Shown: positions 58,743 through 64,000 of the stretch, piece by piece | Layout of the letters: each line of letters opens with the position of its first letter | Position numbering within the stretch: the first letter of the stretch is position 1 | From: Lachnospiraceae bacterium UBA7199 | GTDB taxonomy: Bacteria > Bacillota > Clostridia > Lachnospirales > Lachnospiraceae | NCBI GenBank assembly: GCA_002490775.1 | Contig: DKUR01000063.1 | Span: 20,902 to 84,901, forward strand | Length of the DNA: 64,000 bases | Reading direction: 5' to 3' | Notes under the pieces: model-generated | What the model was told of the DNA's origin: nothing | Seen by the model: only the letters and a program-made list of their open reading frames with translations | The model's database searches: none | Made by a program: the position numbers and the translations under genes

Positions 58743-60318
58743 AAAAAATTTGTTTTGGATTTTGTTTGTTGTCATGGCAGTGTATTATGGATATCGAATG
58801 TTTGTCCTTACGCCCTGGTATGATGAACTTTATACTTATTATTATTTTATCAGCAAGGGACCTTTGTATGCTGCGATTCACTGGCCGCTTCCTAACAATC
58901 ATGTAGGATATTCAGTGCTTTCTGCTTTTCTTGATTTTTTGGGGAACTCCTACATAGGGCTTCGAGGCGTTTCCTATTTATCTGCACTGGCAAATATGTA
59001 CCTTCTTTACCGGATTGCAGGAAAATATATGAAAGAACAGATGGCGCTTGGTACAGTGATTTTATACATATCCATGAATCTCGTGAATCAGCTTGCAGTG
59101 CAGGGAAGGGGATATACCCTTGGAATCACCTGCTTTTTAACAGCATGGCTTTGTATGATTCAAATTTGCACGTTAAAACAGGCCGGAAAGAAGTATTATG
59201 TGATCTATGCTGCTGCATTGATCCTTGGGCTATATACCGTTTCAAGCAACGTATACTGGGTGGTGCCGCTTTGCCTTGCAGGAGGATGTTATCTGCTGAT
59301 TTGCGGGATGAGTGAAAGCAGGGAGAATACATGTCCTGTCAGAAAAACAGAAAGTATACGCAGATTGTTTCAATTAGTACTTGCTTCTTTGACAGCAGCA
59401 ATTGTAACTGTCATACTTTATATGTCTATTTGGGTGTCTATTGGTTCCAATCTGCTGGTGAAGGATGAAACATGCAGCTATTATGGCATGGGACATGTAC
59501 AGATGATCTTAAAAGCACCTTTTGAAGCAATCCGAAAAGGAATGGAATACATGCTGGCAACTCCTTATATTCAGAGTGAAGAACGAGCTGGGTTTGCAGG
59601 GAGGCTTTTTGAATGGATTGTTACTTTAACAGGGTATTATTATAATTCTCTTTCTTTGGTAATGATGCTGGTATGGGGTTTAGGAACTGCGTTTTTAATT
59701 TACAGGCTGGTCAGGGAAATCCAGAAAGAAGAAAGACGTCATATGCATTTATATTTGGTTCTTCTTCTGGAAATTATCCTAATTCCGGTTTTTCTGCTGA
59801 TACAGTGCAAACGTCCTTATTACAGGGTATTTACCTATGGCGGGATATTATTGGCAATGCTCCTGGGCGTATTAATGGAAAATGGGGTAGGATTGATACA
59901 GTCCAGGTTTTTTAAAGAAAAAAGCGCAAATGGAGTTTATTCAGTTCTACTTTTAGCGATTACATTATTTGGAGTAAAATGTATCGGCTTTTCAGATTAT
60001 AATAACCAGTATGGGTTGAATGAATATGAAATTCAGGATGCATTTGCACATGGGAACATGGAAGCACAGGAAAATTTTTGTGTTACAGACTGTAATCAGG
60101 AGTATCTTCTTTATTTTCTTTATCATATTCGATGTGAAAATAGGGAAATAGAGGGGGCAGATGTGGTTCTTTTGGATAAGAGAATGACAGATCCTGAATT
60201 TGATGAGATGGTTTGGGAATTTTATGCTTATTATGATTCGATTCCCTGGGACTATCTGGAGCAGAATATGAAGCCATCCTATGAAAATGAAAATTATATT
60301 TTATATACAAAAAACTAA
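58729..60318 (+). CDS. polytopic membrane protein, probable GT-C fold (GT39/PMT-like) glycosyltransferase
   Basis: WYDE motif after TM1, PNNH, QGRGY, about 11 TMs and a C-terminal soluble domain; start overlaps the leuB end. Confidence 0.65.
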   Translation: MKLIKKNLFWILFVVMAVYYGYRMFVLTPWYDELYTYYYFISKGPLYAAIHWPLPNNHVGYSVLSAFLDFLGNSYIGLRGVSYLSALANMYLLYRIAGKYMKEQMALGTVILYISMNLVNQLAVQGRGYTLGITCFLTAWLCMIQICTLKQAGKKYYVIYAAALILGLYTVSSNVYWVVPLCLAGGCYLLICGMSESRENTCPVRKTESIRRLFQLVLASLTAAIVTVILYMSIWVSIGSNLLVKDETCSYYGMGHVQMILKAPFEAIRKGMEYMLATPYIQSEERAGFAGRLFEWIVTLTGYYYNSLSLVMMLVWGLGTAFLIYRLVREIQKEERRHMHLYLVLLLEIILIPVFLLIQCKRPYYRVFTYGGILLAMLLGVLMENGVGLIQSRFFKEKSANGVYSVLLLAITLFGVKCIGFSDYNNQYGLNEYEIQDAFAHGNMEAQENFCVTDCNQEYLLYFLYHIRCENREIEGADVVLLDKRMTDPEFDEMVWEFYAYYDSIPWDYLEQNMKPSYENENYILYTKN

Positions 60319-60326
60319 ACAAAAAA

Positions 60327-60378
60327 CAAGGTTTGTGTCAGCGCCGCAATCACAAACTTGAAAAATAAGAAGCGGCGC
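60327..60378 (+). other. predicted H-type RNA pseudoknot upstream of ilvD
   Basis: S1 CAAGGTTTGTG/CACAAACTTG; loop GCGCCGC pairs with downstream GCGGCGC; A-rich linker. Confidence 0.55.
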
Positions 60379-60393
60379 AGAAATGAGGAGAAG

Positions 60394-62064
60394 ATGAGAA
60401 GTGATAATGTGAAGTCCGGTATACAGCAGGCCCCTCATAGAAGTCTGTTTAATGCACTTGGTTTTACGGAAGAAGAGATGAAAAAGCCTATGGTGGGAAT
60501 TGTCAGTTCCTATAATGAGATTGTACCGGGGCATATGAACTTGGATAAAATTGTAAATGCAGTAAAGCTGGGAGTGGCACAGGCAGGCGGTGTCCCGGTG
60601 GTATTTCCTGCGATTGCAGTCTGCGATGGGATTGCAATGGGACATGTGGGTATGAAATATTCCCTTGTAACAAGAGATTTAATTGCTGATTCTACAGAAT
60701 GCATGGCACTGGCACATCAGTTTGATGCCCTTGTTATGGTGCCTAATTGTGATAAAAATGTGCCAGGGCTTTTGATGGCGGCAGCAAGAATTAATGTACC
60801 TACTGTTTTTGTTTCCGGAGGGCCTATGCTTGCAGGGCATGTTCATGGCCAAAAAAGAAGCCTTTCCTCTATGTTTGAGGCTGTAGGCTCCCATGCTGCT
60901 GGAAAAATGACAGAAGATGAAGTGAGAGAATTTGAGGAAAAGGTATGTCCAACCTGCGGCTCCTGTTCTGGTATGTATACAGCAAATTCCATGAACTGCC
61001 TGACAGAGGCATTAGGCATGGGGCTTAAAGGAAATGGAACGATTCCGGCTGTCTATTCAGAAAGAATTAAGCTTGCAAAACATGCAGGTATGGCGGTGAT
61101 GGAATTATACCGGAAGGATATCCGGCCAAGAGATATTATGACAAAGGATGCAATTTTAAATGCGCTTACGGTGGATATGGCCCTTGGCTGTTCTACAAAT
61201 TCCATGCTGCATTTACCGGCAATTGCTCATGAAGTAGGCTTTGATTTTGACATTGCATTTGCAAATGAGATCAGTGAAAAAACGCCTAATTTGTGTCATC
61301 TTGCACCAGCAGGTCCTACTTATATGGAGGACTTAAATGAGGCAGGCGGCGTCTATGCAGTGATGAAGGAGCTTTCTGATGCAGGACTTTTAAATACAGG
61401 ATGTATGACTGTGACAGGAAAAACAATTGGAGAAGTAATTGAAGGGGCAGTCAATAAAAATCCTGAAGTGATAAGGCCGCTTGATCATCCATATTCAGCA
61501 ACTGGCGGACTTGCAGTGCTTAAGGGAAATCTGGCGCCTGATGGCAGTGTGGTAAAGCGTTCGGCAGTGGTGGCAGAAATGATGGTTCATGAAGGCCCCG
61601 CAAGGGTATTTGACTGTGAAGAAGATGCAATCAGTGCCATCAAAGGCGGAAAGATTGTAGAAGGGGATGTGGTAGTGATTCGTTATGAGGGACCAAAGGG
61701 CGGACCTGGTATGCGTGAAATGCTGAATCCCACTTCAGCGATTGCTGGTATGGGGCTTGGAACAAGTGTGGCTCTTATTACAGACGGTCGTTTTTCAGGG
61801 GCATCCAGAGGCGCCTCTATTGGCCATGTTTCACCAGAAGCAGCAGTGGGCGGCCCGATTGCACTGGTGGAAGAAGGAGATATTATCAGCATTAATATTC
61901 CAGAAATGAAATTAAATGTAAAGGTTTCTGATGAGGAAATGAAAGCCAGGGCGCTAAAATGGCAGCCCAGAGAGCCGGAAGTTACCAGTGGCTATCTGGC
62001 ACGATACAGAGAAATGGTTACCAGTGGAAATAGAGGAGCAATTCTTGAAATTCCTAAAAAATGA
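60394..62064 (+). CDS. ilvD: dihydroxy-acid dehydratase
   Basis: [50 protein letters not shown]. Confidence 0.97.
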   Translation: MRSDNVKSGIQQAPHRSLFNALGFTEEEMKKPMVGIVSSYNEIVPGHMNLDKIVNAVKLGVAQAGGVPVVFPAIAVCDGIAMGHVGMKYSLVTRDLIADSTECMALAHQFDALVMVPNCDKNVPGLLMAAARINVPTVFVSGGPMLAGHVHGQKRSLSSMFEAVGSHAAGKMTEDEVREFEEKVCPTCGSCSGMYTANSMNCLTEALGMGLKGNGTIPAVYSERIKLAKHAGMAVMELYRKDIRPRDIMTKDAILNALTVDMALGCSTNSMLHLPAIAHEVGFDFDIAFANEISEKTPNLCHLAPAGPTYMEDLNEAGGVYAVMKELSDAGLLNTGCMTVTGKTIGEVIEGAVNKNPEVIRPLDHPYSATGGLAVLKGNLAPDGSVVKRSAVVAEMMVHEGPARVFDCEEDAISAIKGGKIVEGDVVVIRYEGPKGGPGMREMLNPTSAIAGMGLGTSVALITDGRFSGASRGASIGHVSPEAAVGGPIALVEEGDIISINIPEMKLNVKVSDEEMKARALKWQPREPEVTSGYLARYREMVTSGNRGAILEIPKK

Positions 62065-62096
62065 AATTGTAAAGCTTTAATGAGGAGGATTGGCAA

Positions 62097-63776
62097 ATGC
62101 AGCTTACAGGTGCGGAAATTGTAGTTGAATGCTTAAAGGAACAGGGTGTGGATACCGTGTTTGGATATCCCGGCGGAACAATCTTAAATGTGTATGATGC
62201 TTTATATAAACACAGCGGAGAAATCAACCATATTTTGACATCCCATGAACAGGGGGCGGCTCACGCAGCAGACGGATACGCACGTGCAACAGGAAAGGTT
62301 GGTGTGTGTCTGGCCACCAGCGGTCCAGGGGCAACGAATCTGGTTACAGGAATTGCAACTGCATATATGGATTCTGTTCCGATAGTGGCAATCACATGTA
62401 ATGTAAATCTGCCCCTGCTTGGAAAGGATTCTTTCCAGGAGGTAGATATTGCCGGGATCACAATGCCTATTACAAAGCATAATTACATTGTAAAAGATAT
62501 TTCTAAACTGGCAGATACGATAAGAAAAGCATTTGCTATTGCCAGAGAAGGAAGGCCCGGGCCTGTGCTTGTAGATATTACAAAAGATGTGACAGCGAAT
62601 ACTTACGAGTATGAAAAACAGGAAATTTTCGTATTGGATGCTATTCAAAAATATACAGATCAGGATATTTTGGAAGCAGCAGAATTGCTGAAAGAAGCCC
62701 AAAAGCCCTTTATTTATGTAGGCGGCGGTGCAGTCTTATCAGGCGCCTTTCAACAAGTGCGTGAACTGGCAAGGAGGATAGATGCACCTGTCTGTGATAC
62801 CTTGATGGGAAAAGGGGTTATGGACGGACATGATGAGCGCTATACGGGGATGATTGGTATGCATGGAACGAAAGCCTCTAACCTGGGAGTAAGTGAATGT
62901 GATCTTTTGATTGCTTTAGGGGCAAGGTTTTCCGACAGAGTAGTAGGAAATGCATCTAAGTTTGCTTCAGATGCCAAAGTACTGCATATTGATATTGACG
63001 CAGCGGAAATTAACAAAAATATTAAAACAACAGTTTCTGTAGTTGGTGATTTAAAAGAAATTCTTGAAAAGATCAATCAAGAGATACCTGAATTGGAACA
63101 CAAAGAATGGAATGCGCATATCAATGAATTAAAGGAAAAGTATCCGCTTAATTATGATAACAGTGAGCTATCCTGTCCTTTTATCATGGAAGAGATTGAC
63201 AAAGCAACGGAAGGAAAGGCAATTATTACGACAGATGTAGGGCAGCATCAGATGTGGGCAGCCCAGTACTACAAATATTCAGAGCCCAGAACCTTTTTAT
63301 CATCAGGAGGCCTTGGCACGATGGGATATGGTCTGGGAGCATGTATTGGAGCTAAAATGGGCAGACCGGATAAGGTTTGTATTAATATAGCTGGTGATGG
63401 ATGTTTTCGTATGAATATGAATGAGCTTGCAACAGCATCCAGGTATCAGATTCCGATTATTGAAGTGGTTATCAATAATCATGTACTGGGAATGGTAAGG
63501 CAATGGCAGACATTGTTTTATGGAAAGCGCTATTCACAGACAGTTTTAAATGATGGTGTTGATTTTTGCATGGTAGCTAAAGGGCTTGGATGCGAAGCAA
63601 TCCGCGTAACAAAAAAAGAGGAAGTTGCTGATGCAGTTAAAAGGGCAATTGAGATGAAAAAGCCAGTGCTGATTGACTGCATGATTCCTGAAGATGACAA
63701 GGTATTCCCTATGGTGCCGGCAGGAGCGCCAATTAGTGAAGTATTTGACGCAACGGATTTGGAAGAGAAAAAATGA
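62097..63776 (+). CDS. ilvB: acetolactate synthase large subunit
   Basis: FGYPGG, HEQGAAHAADGYAR, TSGPGATN, DVGQHQMW, GDGCFRMN, LGMVRQWQ. Confidence 0.97.
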   Translation: MQLTGAEIVVECLKEQGVDTVFGYPGGTILNVYDALYKHSGEINHILTSHEQGAAHAADGYARATGKVGVCLATSGPGATNLVTGIATAYMDSVPIVAITCNVNLPLLGKDSFQEVDIAGITMPITKHNYIVKDISKLADTIRKAFAIAREGRPGPVLVDITKDVTANTYEYEKQEIFVLDAIQKYTDQDILEAAELLKEAQKPFIYVGGGAVLSGAFQQVRELARRIDAPVCDTLMGKGVMDGHDERYTGMIGMHGTKASNLGVSECDLLIALGARFSDRVVGNASKFASDAKVLHIDIDAAEINKNIKTTVSVVGDLKEILEKINQEIPELEHKEWNAHINELKEKYPLNYDNSELSCPFIMEEIDKATEGKAIITTDVGQHQMWAAQYYKYSEPRTFLSSGGLGTMGYGLGACIGAKMGRPDKVCINIAGDGCFRMNMNELATASRYQIPIIEVVINNHVLGMVRQWQTLFYGKRYSQTVLNDGVDFCMVAKGLGCEAIRVTKKEEVADAVKRAIEMKKPVLIDCMIPEDDKVFPMVPAGAPISEVFDATDLEEKK

Positions 63777-64000
63777 AAAGCTATGTTTTAAAAGGAACTG
63801 GTTTAGGATTATTAATTATATTGTTGTCATTGATTGCAATGTACTTAGGGCTGGCATATTATTATGCAGATGGCTTTAGTTACAATACATGGATTAACGG
63901 GGTGTACTGCACTGGAAAGAGTGTGAATGAAGTCAATGATGAGCTTTTAAAACGGTTCGACTACAAAGGGCTTACCATTACTGACGGTGATGGTAAGTCT
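63773..64000 (+). CDS. membrane-anchored protein, probable L,D-transpeptidase/peptidoglycan-binding protein (runs off the 3' end of the window)
   Basis: Not in the ORF track. ATG overlaps the ilvB stop (ATGA) and the frame is open to the window end: MKSYVLKGTGLGLLIILLSLIAMYLGLAYYYADGFSYNTWINGVYCTGKSVNEVN, resembling the N-terminus of clostridial YkuD/PG_binding_4 proteins. Confidence 0.5.
   Translation, partial: MKSYVLKGTGLGLLIILLSLIAMYLGLAYYYADGFSYNTWINGVYCTGKSVNEVNDELLKRFDYKGLTITDGDGKS

Noticed and set aside
60327-60378. Guanidine-III riboswitch or T-box
   Set aside because: Stem 2 resembles the guanidine-III P2, but the CGA-containing loop is absent and the gene context is wrong; the region is far too short for a T-box and lacks its motif
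410-63879. The many 60-170 aa ORFs overlapping annotated genes in other frames
   Set aside because: No RBS or recognisable motifs; explained as shadow ORFs of conserved genes

Overview
A 64-kb stretch of core chromosome from a low-GC, spore-forming Clostridia-class bacterium. Gene content and order look Lachnospiraceae-like (inference), and most genes are on the + strand. In order: the 3' part of a GH161-type beta-1,3-glucan phosphorylase gene with a carbohydrate ABC importer and an SBP/YesM/YesN three-component regulator; a LacI-sensor GGDEF protein and an ABC-F ATPase divergent from rex-hyp-nnr-alr-mazF; corC-like, yebC, tepA, spoIIIE/ftsK; fhs-folD; nfnAB; rlmH-pdp; yqfC-yqfD-phoH-(degenerate pgpH)-ybeY-spoVB-like; bofC-like; two flavoproteins, 5-formyl-THF cyclo-ligase and proA; a cupin-HTH regulator plus potABCD; pgl-like; aroC; a VanY/LdcB peptidase; tgt-yajC; leuB-(GT-C protein)-ilvD-ilvB-(probable L,D-transpeptidase, truncated). 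I saw no rRNA, tRNA, CRISPR array, transposase or integrase. The most unusual signals are: (1) a family of constant-length 38-bp covarying hairpin elements (AACATAA-[25-nt hairpin]-GTTGTT) lying directly after terminator T-tracts at three loci; (2) a predicted H-type RNA pseudoknot between the GT-C gene stop and the ilvD RBS; (3) an antitoxin-less mazF preceded by the same forespore-sigma-like promoter as tepA; (4) a catalytically degenerate, shortened PgpH-like 7TM-HD protein; (5) a cytoplasmic sugar-sensor diguanylate cyclase. All family assignments come from motif recognition by eye; no database searches were run.
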